Origin: Minisyncoccota bacterium
GTDB taxonomy: Bacteria > Patescibacteriota > Minisyncoccia > Phycocordibacterales > Phycocordibacteraceae
NCBI GenBank assembly: GCA_018062765.1
Contig: JAGORR010000001.1
Location: 150,506-214,505, forward strand
DNA: 64,000 bases
Direction of reading: 5' to 3'
Below the pieces are notes generated by a model that was not told the origin of the DNA, did not search any database, and was given only the letters and a program-made list of their open reading frames with translations. Made by a program: the position numbers and the translations under genes. This document shows positions 9,277-17,721 of the stretch, piece after piece; the first letter of the stretch is position 1, and each line of letters starts with the position of its first letter.

Positions 9277-9885
9277 ATGCCTATTCCGCACCCTAAAAAC
9301 GAGCGCAGCTTCGTGATTATCAAGCCAGATGGAATCCAGCGTTCCCTCGTTGGTGAAATCATCGGACGCTTCGAACGCACAGGCCTCAAGCTGATCGGTC
9401 TCAAAATCACGATTCCAGACTCTGATCGCATCTGGAAGCACTACGACAAGGACGATGCGTGGTTCATAAAGAAGGGGACGAATATCGCGAAGGAGCGCGA
9501 GGCCGCAGGACTCTCCGCGGAGAAGGAGCCCATTGAGTATGGAAAGGACATCATCCGGGCTCTCGACCGCTACATGACCTCGGGTCCCGTCGTCATGATG
9601 GCCTGGGAAGGAAACCAGGCAGTTGGTGTTGTGACGAAGATTACGGGAGGTACAGAACCTGCAACGTCTGATGTCGGTACCATTCGCGGCGACCTCACCA
9701 TCGACTCCTACGGCATTGCAGCAATCGACGATCGCGCGGTGCGTAACCTCATCCACTGCTCGGACACGCCCGAGAATGCGGAGAAGGAAATTGCGCTCTG
9801 GTTCACGCCGGAGGAACTCATTAACTACCGCCTCGTAGGTGATCAGATACTCTACGACGTGAACCTCGACGGCATACTTGAGTAG
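9277..9885 (+). CDS. ndk: nucleoside diphosphate kinase, extended form with about 55-aa insertion
   Basis: ERSFVIIKPDGIQRSLVGEIIGRFERTGLKLIGLK is the NDK signature; 202 aa is longer than the typical 140-150 aa. Confidence 0.88.
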   Translation: MPIPHPKNERSFVIIKPDGIQRSLVGEIIGRFERTGLKLIGLKITIPDSDRIWKHYDKDDAWFIKKGTNIAKEREAAGLSAEKEPIEYGKDIIRALDRYMTSGPVVMMAWEGNQAVGVVTKITGGTEPATSDVGTIRGDLTIDSYGIAAIDDRAVRNLIHCSDTPENAEKEIALWFTPEELINYRLVGDQILYDVNLDGILE

Positions 9886-9911
9886 CTATCGATAGTCTCG
9901 AGCCTACTCTC

Positions 9912-9951
9912 TTGCTCCATCCCGGTGCCTATAGGCACCGGGATGGAGCAA
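9912..9951 (+). terminator. 18-bp perfect-stem hairpin after ndk
   Basis: TTGCTCCATCCCGGTGCC-TATA-GGCACCGGGATGGAGCAA read directly. Confidence 0.6.
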
Positions 9952-10045
9952 TAGGTTTCAAGGGACGCGATTCAAATGCAGGCCAAGCTATCTTAAGAGC
10001 CTATGCCTGCGCGCTCGTTCATCCGCTCCTAACCAAACAATGTCG

Positions 10046-10236
10046 TATAATGGCCCCGGAGCCGATCTTATAAGAGCAACTGTTGTACTTCCGGGAATCC
10101 GATATTCAAGCGTTCGGGAGAATCCTTTTTAGGATTCCGAAGGACACTGTGGGGATACCCACCTGTCAAAGAAGTTGCAACATGGGATCGGCTCCGCATA
10201 CTGCGCGTCTCTCACGAGACGCGCAGTATTGCGTTT
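10046..10236 (+). promoter_or_regulatory. putative cis-regulatory leader RNA (riboswitch-like): TATAAT -10 box, nested helices, intrinsic terminator just upstream of the membrane-protein ORF
   Basis: TATAAT at 10046-10051; 12-nt closing stem CCGGAGCCGATC (10056-10067) pairs with GATCGGCTCCG (10186-10196); inner stems CTTCCGGGAATCC/GGATTCCGAAGG and GCAAC/GTTGC; terminator ACTGCGCGTCTC-TCAC-GAGACGCGCAGT plus ATTGCGTTT at 10200-10236; ORF begins at 10261. Confidence 0.45.
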
Positions 10237-10260
10237 AGGGTCCCGTGATAAAGTGGTCCC

Positions 10261-10614
10261 ATGCGGTATTCGTGGCTCCTTCCGGCGCTCTTCCTCTCAG
10301 CGCTTATCGCCGGCCTCCAGTTCTACGCGGTCAATAACTTCCTCTATTGGTACTACCCGTGGTTCGACGTCCCGATGCATCTGTTGGGCGGAGTGGTTAT
10401 TGCCACCATTCTCGTCGCATTCCTCCATGACTTCCGCCCCAAGCTTTTCGTACTTTTTGCCACGGCGATATTCGTCGGATGGGAGATTTTCGAGCTCTAC
10501 TTCGGTCTTCCGCGCGAGACGAACTACTTCTTTGACACTGCGCTCGACATGCTCAATGACTCTTTAGGCGCGACCGCGGTTTACGCTATCGCACGCATCA
10601 CTGTATGGCGTTGA
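10261..10614 (+). CDS. small 4-TM membrane protein, possibly VanZ-like (D..D..N..G motif)
   Basis: 117 aa, four hydrophobic segments, FDTALDMLNDSLG; function unknown. Confidence 0.5.
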   Translation: MRYSWLLPALFLSALIAGLQFYAVNNFLYWYYPWFDVPMHLLGGVVIATILVAFLHDFRPKLFVLFATAIFVGWEIFELYFGLPRETNYFFDTALDMLNDSLGATAVYAIARITVWR

Positions 10615-11993
10615 GACTTACCTTCTGGGGAGGCGCGGGGACGGTTACGGGCTCTAACTTCCTTGTAGAGGAGGACGAGGCGAAGGTGCTCATAGACTGT
10701 GGACTTGAGCAGGGAAGGGATGTTTCTGGAGACGCGATGTACCAGCCGTTTCCGTACGAGCCTGCTTCTATCGGTGCGCTGATTGTTACGCATGCGCACC
10801 TCGACCATGTGGGGCGTATTCCAAAACTCGTACGCGACGGGTTCCGTGGCCCTATCTACATGACAGCGCCGACAAAGGAGCTCGCGTCGCTCATCCTTCA
10901 CGACAGCGCAGGTATTCTCGGGCAGGACGCGAAGGCGAAGGGCTTGCCGCTTATGTATGAGGAGAAGGACGTTGATGCGGCGTTCGAGCTCGTGGAAGTC
11001 GTCGATTACGGGAAGCCGTTTACCGCAGCGGGTCTTACGTGCGTTATGCGTGACACCGGCCACATCCTCGGGTCCGGGAGCGTGCGTATAGAAGGAAAGG
11101 ATGGCACGGCGCTTGCCCTTACCGGGGATATCGGGAACTCGCCGTCGCCGCTACTCCCGGACTGGCAACCCGTAGCGGATATTGATGCGCTTGTTATGGA
11201 GAGTGTGTACGGCGACCGGTCGCACCCACCTCATGAGGAGCGAGTCGAGAAGTTGCGCAATACTCTCAAAGACGCGATAGCGCGCGGCGGAGCAGTTCTT
11301 ATCCCGGCGTTCTCCCTGGAGCGCACGCAGCTCATGCTCTACGAGCTCTCGAATTTCTTTGCACAGGGTAGTCTCCCTGAGGTCCCGGTGTATCTCGATT
11401 CGCCTTTGGCAATAAAGGTGACGAGTGTTTATGAGAAGTACGGACCGGAGTACTTCAGGAAGGACGCGAAAGCGGAAATGCTCAAGGAGAAGAGCTTGTT
11501 CGAGTTTCCATTTTTAACCAAGACCGAGTCACGGCAGGAGTCGGATGATATCGCGAGCGTGCCGAACCCCAAGATCATCATTGCTGGTGCCGGCATGTCT
11601 CACGGCGGCCGTATCGGGCGTCATGAAGCGCGCCATCTGCCGGATTCGAATTCGACTCTTATCCTGGTGGGCTACCAGGCACCGGGAAGTCCGGGTCGTC
11701 GCATGAAAGACGGAGCTTCAACTGTCCGGCTCGACGGCAAGGATGTCGTCATGCGAGCGAAAGTGGTGAACTTAGAGGGCTGGTCTGCGCACGCGGACCG
11801 TGACGAGCTTATGCGGTTTGCTGAGGAGTCCATTTCTGGCGGGCGCACCAAGGTCGTGTTCACTGCGCTTGGAGAGCCTTCATCCGCGCGCTTCTTAGCG
11901 CAGCGCCTGCATGACTACCTTGGGGCGAAGGCAGTGGTGCCGGTACAGGGCGAGACTTGGGAAGTAACGAAAAGCTCCGTACGAAAGCTATAG
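10605..11993 (+). CDS. beta-CASP family metallo-beta-lactamase ribonuclease (RNase J / CPSF-like)
   Basis: HAHLDHVG metal-binding motif, 462 aa, beta-CASP-like downstream motifs. Confidence 0.75.
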   Translation: MALRLTFWGGAGTVTGSNFLVEEDEAKVLIDCGLEQGRDVSGDAMYQPFPYEPASIGALIVTHAHLDHVGRIPKLVRDGFRGPIYMTAPTKELASLILHDSAGILGQDAKAKGLPLMYEEKDVDAAFELVEVVDYGKPFTAAGLTCVMRDTGHILGSGSVRIEGKDGTALALTGDIGNSPSPLLPDWQPVADIDALVMESVYGDRSHPPHEERVEKLRNTLKDAIARGGAVLIPAFSLERTQLMLYELSNFFAQGSLPEVPVYLDSPLAIKVTSVYEKYGPEYFRKDAKAEMLKEKSLFEFPFLTKTESRQESDDIASVPNPKIIIAGAGMSHGGRIGRHEARHLPDSNSTLILVGYQAPGSPGRRMKDGASTVRLDGKDVVMRAKVVNLEGWSAHADRDELMRFAEESISGGRTKVVFTALGEPSSARFLAQRLHDYLGAKAVVPVQGETWEVTKSSVRKL

Positions 11994-11995
11994 AG

Positions 11996-12019
11996 AAAGC
12001 CCCGCGTCGCGGGGCTTTC
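11996..12019. terminator. bidirectional hairpin AGCCCCGCG-TC-GCGGGGCT between the convergent RNase gene and rplT
   Basis: inverted repeat flanked by A-run and T-run. Confidence 0.6.
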
Positions 12020-12040
12020 TTCTCTTCTGTAACTAAATGC

Positions 12041-12388
12041 TTAGGCGACCTTTTTGATGACGCGGGCGAAGACCTCAGGATGTTCCATCGCGAGCGTAGA
12101 GAGGACCTTGCGGTCGAGCGAGATGCCACCCTTCTTAAGCTTATCGATGAACGAGCTGTAGGACTTGAAGCCGTTCTCACGCACCGCGGCATTAAGGCGG
12201 ACTATCCAAAGCTGGCGCATGTCGGTCTTCTTGTCCTTGCGGTGGTTGAACGCGTACTTGCCGGCGTGGACGAGTGCCTCCTTCGCGAATCGCTCCTTCT
12301 TCGAGCGCGCATGGCGATAGCCCTTCGCACGCTTAAGGACGTTGCGGCGGCGCTTGTTCGATGTGACTCCTCCTTTGACGCGTGCCAT
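12041..12388 (-). CDS. rplT: 50S ribosomal protein L20
   Basis: MARVKGGVTSNKRRRNVLKRAKGYRHARSK is the canonical L20 start. Confidence 0.95.
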   Translation of the reverse strand: MARVKGGVTSNKRRRNVLKRAKGYRHARSKKERFAKEALVHAGKYAFNHRKDKKTDMRQLWIVRLNAAVRENGFKSYSSFIDKLKKGGISLDRKVLSTLAMEHPEVFARVIKKVA

Positions 12389-12395
12389 AAAAAAT

Positions 12396-12425
12396 AGCTT
12401 TTAGCTGATAGCTCTTAGCTTTTAG
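12396..12425 (-). repeat. AGCTNNN heptad tandem array (4 units) ending 6 nt upstream of the rplT start codon
   Basis: minus strand reads CTAAAAGCTAAGAGCTATCAGCTAAAAGCTATTTTTT-ATG. Confidence 0.6.
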
Positions 12426-12639
12426 TAACCTCCTTGGGTCCGCGCTTCGCGACCTTCGTTCCTGGGAAGAAGCGGCGCATGACGCGGTTGGAGACGGCAA
12501 GCGAGACAGAGCGGCGCTTCGCGCTCTTGGTGCGGTTGCGCTCCTTGGCATTGAAATGGTTCTGGCCGCCCTTGCGCGCGACAAGCTTGCCGTTCTTAGT
12601 GACGCGTACCCGCTTCGTATACGATTTGTTGGTTTTCAT
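12415..12639 (-). CDS. rpmI: 50S ribosomal protein L35
   Basis: MKTNKSYTKRVRVTKNGKL is an L35 signature; sits between infC and rplT. Confidence 0.9.
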   Translation of the reverse strand: MKTNKSYTKRVRVTKNGKLVARKGGQNHFNAKERNRTKSAKRRSVSLAVSNRVMRRFFPGTKVAKRGPKEVTKS

Positions 12640-13235
12640 TGTGGTGTTGCTTCGGAAGGCTGTGGCGGCTTGGCTGACTTGTCGCGCTCTATCACGCCCG
12701 CGAAGCCCTTGGGGCTCCGCGCGACCGGTTCCGCTACCTTGTGAGGGTAGGGGATCAAGGCAAGGAATTTATCGAGGCGGGTCTTGAGGAACGCTTCCTC
12801 CATCCCCTTGTAGCGACCCTTGAGGAAGAGCTCGGCACGGACCCGGTGGCCTTCGGCGAGCCATTCGGCTGCCTTGCGGGCCTTGAGCTGCATATCATGC
12901 TCTCCGGTACCTACCTTGATCTGGACCTCCTTGGTCTCGGAAACCTTCGCCTTAGCCCTTACGGCCTTGTCCTTCTTGCTCCGTTCGTACTCGAATTTAC
13001 CATAATCCATGACTTTCGCAACGGGAGGGACGGCCGACGGAGAGATCTCTATAAGGTCGAGACCGACCGCCTCTGCGGCCTTAAGAGCGTCAGCCAAGGA
13101 AAGCACGCCGAGGTTCTCTCCTTCGGCTCCTAGGACACGCAGCTCTGTGGAGCGTATCTCGCGGTTGATGCGTACGGGTTCGGTAGACACTGGCTTGTTA
13201 AGTGCAATATACCACGAAATAGAGCCTATTTGCAA
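12636..13235 (-). CDS. infC: translation initiation factor IF-3; the true start is probably non-AUG (a TTG at 13235 or an in-frame ATT at 13208)
   Basis: VRINREIRSTELRVLGAEGENLGVLSL...VDLIEISP..PVAKVMDYGKFEYE aligns with IF-3; IF-3 genes characteristically use AUU or other non-AUG starts. Confidence 0.88.
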   Translation of the reverse strand: MQIGSISWYIALNKPVSTEPVRINREIRSTELRVLGAEGENLGVLSLADALKAAEAVGLDLIEISPSAVPPVAKVMDYGKFEYERSKKDKAVRAKAKVSETKEVQIKVGTGEHDMQLKARKAAEWLAEGHRVRAELFLKGRYKGMEEAFLKTRLDKFLALIPYPHKVAEPVARSPKGFAGVIERDKSAKPPQPSEATPQ

Positions 13236-13253
13236 GGTGTGACGATAGACGAA

Positions 13254-13278
13254 AAGCGGCGCCCAAAGGGCGCCGCTT
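13254..13278 (-). terminator. hairpin AAGCGGCGCCC-AAA-GGGCGCCGCTT
   Basis: inverted repeat downstream of the minus-strand ORF 13299..13598. Confidence 0.55.
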
Positions 13279-13298
13279 CATCCTTTGCGCATTCCAAG

Positions 13299-13598
13299 CT
13301 ATTGGACCGTCGTAGAAGCGGTAGCTTCGCTTGAAGTTGCCGCGTCTATCTTCGCGCTGAACTCAGCAAGAAGCTGGGAGAGCTCCTCGAGTTCCTCCTC
13401 GCAGTCCTCGCGCGTACCTTCTGGGGTCTGGCAGGCGATGCGGAGTTCCTCGCGCTGGGCGGCGATGCTGTCGTAGCCATCGTCGAGTACAGTCTGTACA
13501 TCCTTCGGGGTTGAAAGCCAGAGGTAGCCGACGACGATAAGAAGGACGAGTAAGATGCCCGCGATGATCCATGCTGTGTTGCTTTCGCGTGTGTCCAT
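13299..13598 (-). CDS. hypothetical single-TM protein with an acidic coiled C-terminal region
   Basis: 99 aa; TM segment IIAGILLVLLIVVGYLWL; terminator downstream. Confidence 0.45.
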   Translation of the reverse strand: MDTRESNTAWIIAGILLVLLIVVGYLWLSTPKDVQTVLDDGYDSIAAQREELRIACQTPEGTREDCEEELEELSQLLAEFSAKIDAATSSEATASTTVQ

Positions 13599-13717
13599 AA
13601 GTCCTAAGTTAGGTGGTAATGCAAATGTAGAAGAGAACCCCGGTCAGGGGCTCCTCGCACCATGCGCTTTTCGTGCTGAAGCCTTCATGAAGTCGTATAC
13701 TGAGTCTCATAACTTCT

Positions 13718-14230
13718 ATGCGGAGCCGTAAGAAGGTTTGCGTCGACGATCTCATGCAAAGCGGTTACTGCTACGAACTGGTTGCTCCAGCGGGCAAGCA
13801 GTTTGATGCGCGCTTCAAGCCACAGCTAACGCCCAAAGAAATGCTCGCGCTCGGAGTCTTTGGTGGGAAATATATGACAGACTGCAAGAAAGAGTTTCCC
13901 GCTGACTGGTTTAGCAAGGCGAAACTTTGTCCCGAGCGGCACAATCCAAAGCTTAATTACTTCGGCAAGAACGCATCGCAGCCGCTCTCGGCATGGCTGG
14001 CGAAAGGATGGATATATAAGGACGATCCGCGCGGGTGGTTTCAGTGGTATTGTCGCTACTATCAAGGGCGGCGCATTCCGAAAGAGGATGAACGGCAGAT
14101 AAAAAGATGGCTCGCGATAAGTAGGCATATTCGTCAGGTGCAAATTAACTGCCGCAAGGGGGATGAGACGTGCCGACCGCGCCAACGGCAAGCGATACTC
14201 CACTGGGCATACGACAGCAGGAAACTATAG
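13718..14230 (+). CDS. conserved hypothetical protein (Trp/Cys-rich; motif WFQWYCRYYQGRR)
   Basis: 170 aa ORF with non-random composition; followed by the hairpin terminator at 14234-14256. Confidence 0.55.
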   Translation: MRSRKKVCVDDLMQSGYCYELVAPAGKQFDARFKPQLTPKEMLALGVFGGKYMTDCKKEFPADWFSKAKLCPERHNPKLNYFGKNASQPLSAWLAKGWIYKDDPRGWFQWYCRYYQGRRIPKEDERQIKRWLAISRHIRQVQINCRKGDETCRPRQRQAILHWAYDSRKL

Positions 14231-14233
14231 GAA

Positions 14234-14256
14234 AAGCGGCGCCAGGGGCGCCGCTT
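14234..14256 (+). terminator. hairpin AAGCGGCGCC-AGG-GGCGCCGCTT + TTT (same family as the one at 13254)
   Basis: inverted repeat read directly. Confidence 0.55.
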
Positions 14257-14262
14257 TCGGGG

Positions 14263-14484
14263 TCACGTCACTATGTCGTAGCCTTCCGCCTTCGCTTTGG
14301 CGAGCCATCGGCCAGCTTCATGAGAGACAGTCGCGTATTCCTGGTGATGACCGCGCGCCGTAAAGTTAGCACAAAGCGTGTCCGCAGCATCCTTGGAAAG
14401 ATCGTGGTGTGCGGGCATCGTTGACCACGTTGTGCAATTCGAGTTCGTTGGTCTGTGGATGAGCATCCATTTCATCTCAGTCAT
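14263..14484 (-). CDS. small hypothetical protein (73 aa)
   Basis: ATG at 14484 preceded by AAGGAAG about 7 nt upstream on the minus strand; MTEMKWMLIHRP...GHHQEYATVSHEAGRWLAKAKAEGYDIVT. Confidence 0.4.
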   Translation of the reverse strand: MTEMKWMLIHRPTNSNCTTWSTMPAHHDLSKDAADTLCANFTARGHHQEYATVSHEAGRWLAKAKAEGYDIVT

Positions 14485-14716
14485 GACAGCTTCCTTTCTT
14501 TGGACATATAAGCATGCGACAGGTACTCGGTATACGGCAGTTACTCGTGGAGGCGTGGGGAATTGACCCACGAATCACTAACCGTTTTGCTCCACGTATT
14601 CGCAAAGCGCTAAGTACTCGCGACCCCGTCTCACGGTATCGTCTACTGACGATACAACGTTCCGACTGTTCAACTCCCGACGCAAGACGCGCAGGCGTCT
14701 TGCTCCACTCCACAAA

Positions 14717-14751
14717 TAAAAATGGCCCGCGCTTATGCGCGAGCCATTTTT
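14717..14751 (-). terminator. hairpin AAAAATGGCCCGCGC-TTAT-GCGCGAGCCATTTTT directly 3' of the tmRNA
   Basis: inverted repeat with flanking T-run. Confidence 0.6.
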
Positions 14752-14758
14752 ATTCTAG

Positions 14759-15163
14759 TGGAGGTGGCGGGAGTTGAACCCGCGTCCAGCCTGGCCTCAA
14801 AACCGAATCTACGACGCATAGCAACCGTTAGGCACTAGGGTAGGGTGCGAGGAACGGTTGCGAAACCACTCCTACCGGATCCCTTATTTAGCTATCTGCT
14901 CGGGAGGACAGATACCGATCTCATAGATTATTCCGCCGCACCGCCTCTACTATGAGCACTAGAGAGGGGAGACGTCGCTATGGCGAAAGCGCGAAGCTTT
15001 TACGCGAGAGCGAACGCGAAGTCCTTTGCACCGAAGTACGGAGACTTCACGCTTGTAGCTGTTTTGGCTGCAAGTTTGTGTGCCTGCGGGATTAAGCTGG
15101 TCAGCAGACTTCCAGCGCGTCGCACGAGATTCAAGGGACAGACCGTCGAAACCGGTCACCCCC
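14759..15163 (-). ncRNA. ssrA: tmRNA (SsrA), about 405 nt
   Basis: 5' end GGGGGUGACCGGUUUCGACGG matches the tmRNA consensus GGGG.UGA...UUCGACGG; 3' end GGACGCGGGUUCAACUCCCGCCACCUCCA is a tRNA-Ala-like T-arm plus acceptor with G3-U70; internal reading frame ...GCA AAG GAC TTC GCG TTC GCT CTC GCG TAA gives the tag AKDFAFALA, parallel to E. coli ANDENYALAA; adjacent to smpB. Confidence 0.8.
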
Positions 15164-15201
15164 GGACAGATGACGAGCGAAGGCTCGCAAGCTTTCCGGG
15201 A

Positions 15202-15651
15202 CTACCGACCTCCTTTGAGTGCGCGGTCGGCTTCGCGCGCAGCATCTTTCTTCTTAAGGTCCTCTCGTTTATCCGCTTTTCCTTTTCCGCGCACAATTGC
15301 GACCCGCACCTTCAGGAGATTCCCTTTATTATACACCTCAATTGGCACTATTGTCAAGCCTTTCTTAGCGTCTGCGTCGCCGAGTATACGGATCTGCGCT
15401 TTGGACAGGAGGAGGCGGCGGCTTCGCTCCGGCTCGTACTCTTTATCGGTGTTCGCAGGCTGGTAGGCCGGGATGGTCGCACCTGCCAAATACGCTTCGC
15501 CGCCGCGGATGACAACGCGCGAGCCATCCAAGGAGCCGCGCTTCGCCTTGAGGGACTTTACTTCGTGTCCTAATAGCTCGATACCCGCCTCGAATTCCTC
15601 GAGACGTTCGAATTTAAGACCCGCTTTCTTATACTCGATCAAGACGCTCAT
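15202..15651 (-). CDS. smpB: SsrA-binding protein SmpB
   Basis: EAGIELLGHEVKSLKAKRGSLDGSRVVIRGGEAYL..RRLLLSKAQIRILGDADAKKGLTIVPIEVY matches SmpB. Confidence 0.9.
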   Translation of the reverse strand: MSVLIEYKKAGLKFERLEEFEAGIELLGHEVKSLKAKRGSLDGSRVVIRGGEAYLAGATIPAYQPANTDKEYEPERSRRLLLSKAQIRILGDADAKKGLTIVPIEVYNKGNLLKVRVAIVRGKGKADKREDLKKKDAAREADRALKGGR

Positions 15652-15690
15652 ATTGAGAGACTACGCGCTCCATTGTATAGTGCAAATTAC

Positions 15691-17667
15691 ATGGCATCTC
15701 CCGCATCCCCCAAGGTCCCCGACAAGAAGGGGAAGAAGAACCCAACGCGTCCCGTACGGAAGCGCTTCAGTCTATTTCCGAGCGGAGGACCCCGGGGTTT
15801 TGCCGGTAACCTCCTTTCTGCAATCATCATCTTCCTCGTCCTGATGAGTCTCTATAGCTTCGTTGCAGGAAGCACGCCGGAGACGGAGGAGATAGCGCTT
15901 TCCCAGGTCGCCGCGGATGTCGTTGCGGGCACGGTGACCGAGATACAGGTTTCGGGCGATACGCTCACACTCGTTTATGCGGACGCTACTAAGAAGGAGG
16001 CGATGAAGGATCCCTCGGCACCCATAACAGAAACGCTCACGGCATACGGCGTCACTCCCGAGCAGCTTGCGAAAGTGAAGATTGAGATAGTAGGGGAGTC
16101 AGGTTTCCAGTACTGGCTTATCGCGCTCGCGCCATTTCTTCTGCCTATCGTCTTCCTCCTCGTGCTGTTCTGGTTTTTGACACGTCAGGTGCGTGGCGCT
16201 GGGATGCAGGCCTTCACGTTCGGACAGTCGAAGGCGCGCATGATAGATCCTGCGGATAACTCGCAACGCGTGACGTTTGCAGATGTCGCCGGCGCAAAGG
16301 AAGCGAAGGAGGAATTGGTAGAGATTGTCGACTTCCTCAAGAACCCGAAGAAATTCCTCGATATCGGCGCGCGTATCCCAAAGGGCATTCTCCTTATGGG
16401 TGCCCCGGGAACCGGTAAGACGATGCTCGCACGCGCGGTCGCGGGCGAGGCGGGCGTACCGTTCTTCTCCATCTCGGGCTCCGAGTTTGTCGAGATGTTC
16501 GTTGGTGTGGGAGCGTCACGCGTGCGCGACCTCTTCCAGGTCGCGAAGCGCACGGCGCCATCCATCATTTTCGTAGACGAGATAGACGCCGTGGGACGCG
16601 TGCGTGGCACAGGGGTAGGCGGTGGCAACGACGAGCGCGAGCAGACCCTCAATCAGATTCTCGTCGAGATGGACGGCTTCGAGCCAACCGAGAAGGTTAT
16701 CGTCATGGCCGCATCAAATCGCCCTGACGTGCTTGATCCAGCACTCCTTCGCCCTGGCCGATTCGATCGCCGCGTTGTTATCGACCTTCCAGACCGCAAA
16801 GACCGCGAGGACATCCTCAATATCCATGCCAGGAAGAAGCCGTTCGGCCCCGACGTTAACCTTGGCGTTGTTGCGGAGCGTACCCCGGGGTTCTCTGGCG
16901 CTGAGCTCTACTCCCTTATGAACGAGGCGGCGATACTCGCTGCGCGCGAGAGCCGCAAGGAGATAACGCAGTACGACCTCATCCGCTCAATAGAGAAGGT
17001 GATGCTGGGCCCCGAGCGCAAGAGCCACCTCCTTTCTAAGAAGGAGAAAGAATTGACGGCGTATCACGAAGCAGGGCACGCGCTCGTATCGAGCGTGCTG
17101 CCAAACGCAGACCCTGTCCACAAGATTTCCATCATCAGCCGCGGGCGCGCGGCGGGCTACACCTTGAAGCTTCCATTCGAGGACAAGAAAATGCAGTCCC
17201 GGAAGCAGTTCAAGGACGATATTGCGGCGACCCTGGGCGGCTACGTAGCGGAGGAAATGGTCTTCGATGACGTCACGACGGGTCCTTCAAACGATCTCTC
17301 AGTAATCTCGTCCTTGGCGCGCAACATGGTCGCGCGCTGGGGCATGTCGGAGAGTCTGGGTGCGGTCGCATATGCGAACGACCGCGAGTTTGGTGGTGCG
17401 GAATACTCCGAGGCAATTGCTGCGAAGATTGACGCCGAGGTATCGCGCATCATTGAGGAGGCGAAGGAGCGCGCACGCGTCGTCCTCACCGACCACCGGA
17501 AGGCGCTCGACTCTATCGCGATGAAGCTCGTTGAGGTAGAGACTATCGAGCGCGAGGAGTTCGAGAAGCTCTTGATACTCAATGGCATAACGCCGAAGGC
17601 GAAGGAGGAAGAGGGTGTCGTCATCGCGCCGGGGACCGCAGGCGGCAACGCTGACCCCCTCGCCTAA
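15691..17667 (+). CDS. ftsH: ATP-dependent zinc metalloprotease FtsH
   Basis: two N-terminal TM segments; Walker A GAPGTGKT; SRH; zinc motif HEAGHAL; ATG at 15691 (the ORF-track start at 15673 is a TTG). Confidence 0.95.
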   Translation: MASPASPKVPDKKGKKNPTRPVRKRFSLFPSGGPRGFAGNLLSAIIIFLVLMSLYSFVAGSTPETEEIALSQVAADVVAGTVTEIQVSGDTLTLVYADATKKEAMKDPSAPITETLTAYGVTPEQLAKVKIEIVGESGFQYWLIALAPFLLPIVFLLVLFWFLTRQVRGAGMQAFTFGQSKARMIDPADNSQRVTFADVAGAKEAKEELVEIVDFLKNPKKFLDIGARIPKGILLMGAPGTGKTMLARAVAGEAGVPFFSISGSEFVEMFVGVGASRVRDLFQVAKRTAPSIIFVDEIDAVGRVRGTGVGGGNDEREQTLNQILVEMDGFEPTEKVIVMAASNRPDVLDPALLRPGRFDRRVVIDLPDRKDREDILNIHARKKPFGPDVNLGVVAERTPGFSGAELYSLMNEAAILAARESRKEITQYDLIRSIEKVMLGPERKSHLLSKKEKELTAYHEAGHALVSSVLPNADPVHKISIISRGRAAGYTLKLPFEDKKMQSRKQFKDDIAATLGGYVAEEMVFDDVTTGPSNDLSVISSLARNMVARWGMSESLGAVAYANDREFGGAEYSEAIAAKIDAEVSRIIEEAKERARVVLTDHRKALDSIAMKLVEVETIEREEFEKLLILNGITPKAKEEEGVVIAPGTAGGNADPLA

Positions 17668-17683
17668 GCAGTACGTAAAAGAT

Positions 17684-17712
17684 ACGCGGCGGCCCGATAC
17701 GGGTCGCCGCGT
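17684..17712. terminator. nested hairpin between convergent ftsH and pyrB
   Basis: ACGCGGCGGCCCGATACGGGTCGCCGCGT. Confidence 0.5.
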
Positions 17713-17721
17713 TAGTGGTCG

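Noticed and set aside
10046-10250. 6S RNA or SRP RNA identity for the structured element upstream of 10261
   Set aside because: It is multibranched rather than a single long hairpin with a central bubble, and it lacks the SRP domain-IV GGAAGCAG/GNAR motifs; kept only as a generic cis-regulatory candidate
14980-15573. ORF 14980..15573 (+, 197 aa) and 15080..15466 (+)
   Set aside because: They overlap the tmRNA gene and smpB on the opposite strand; the tmRNA 5'/3' consensus and the SmpB similarity explain the region
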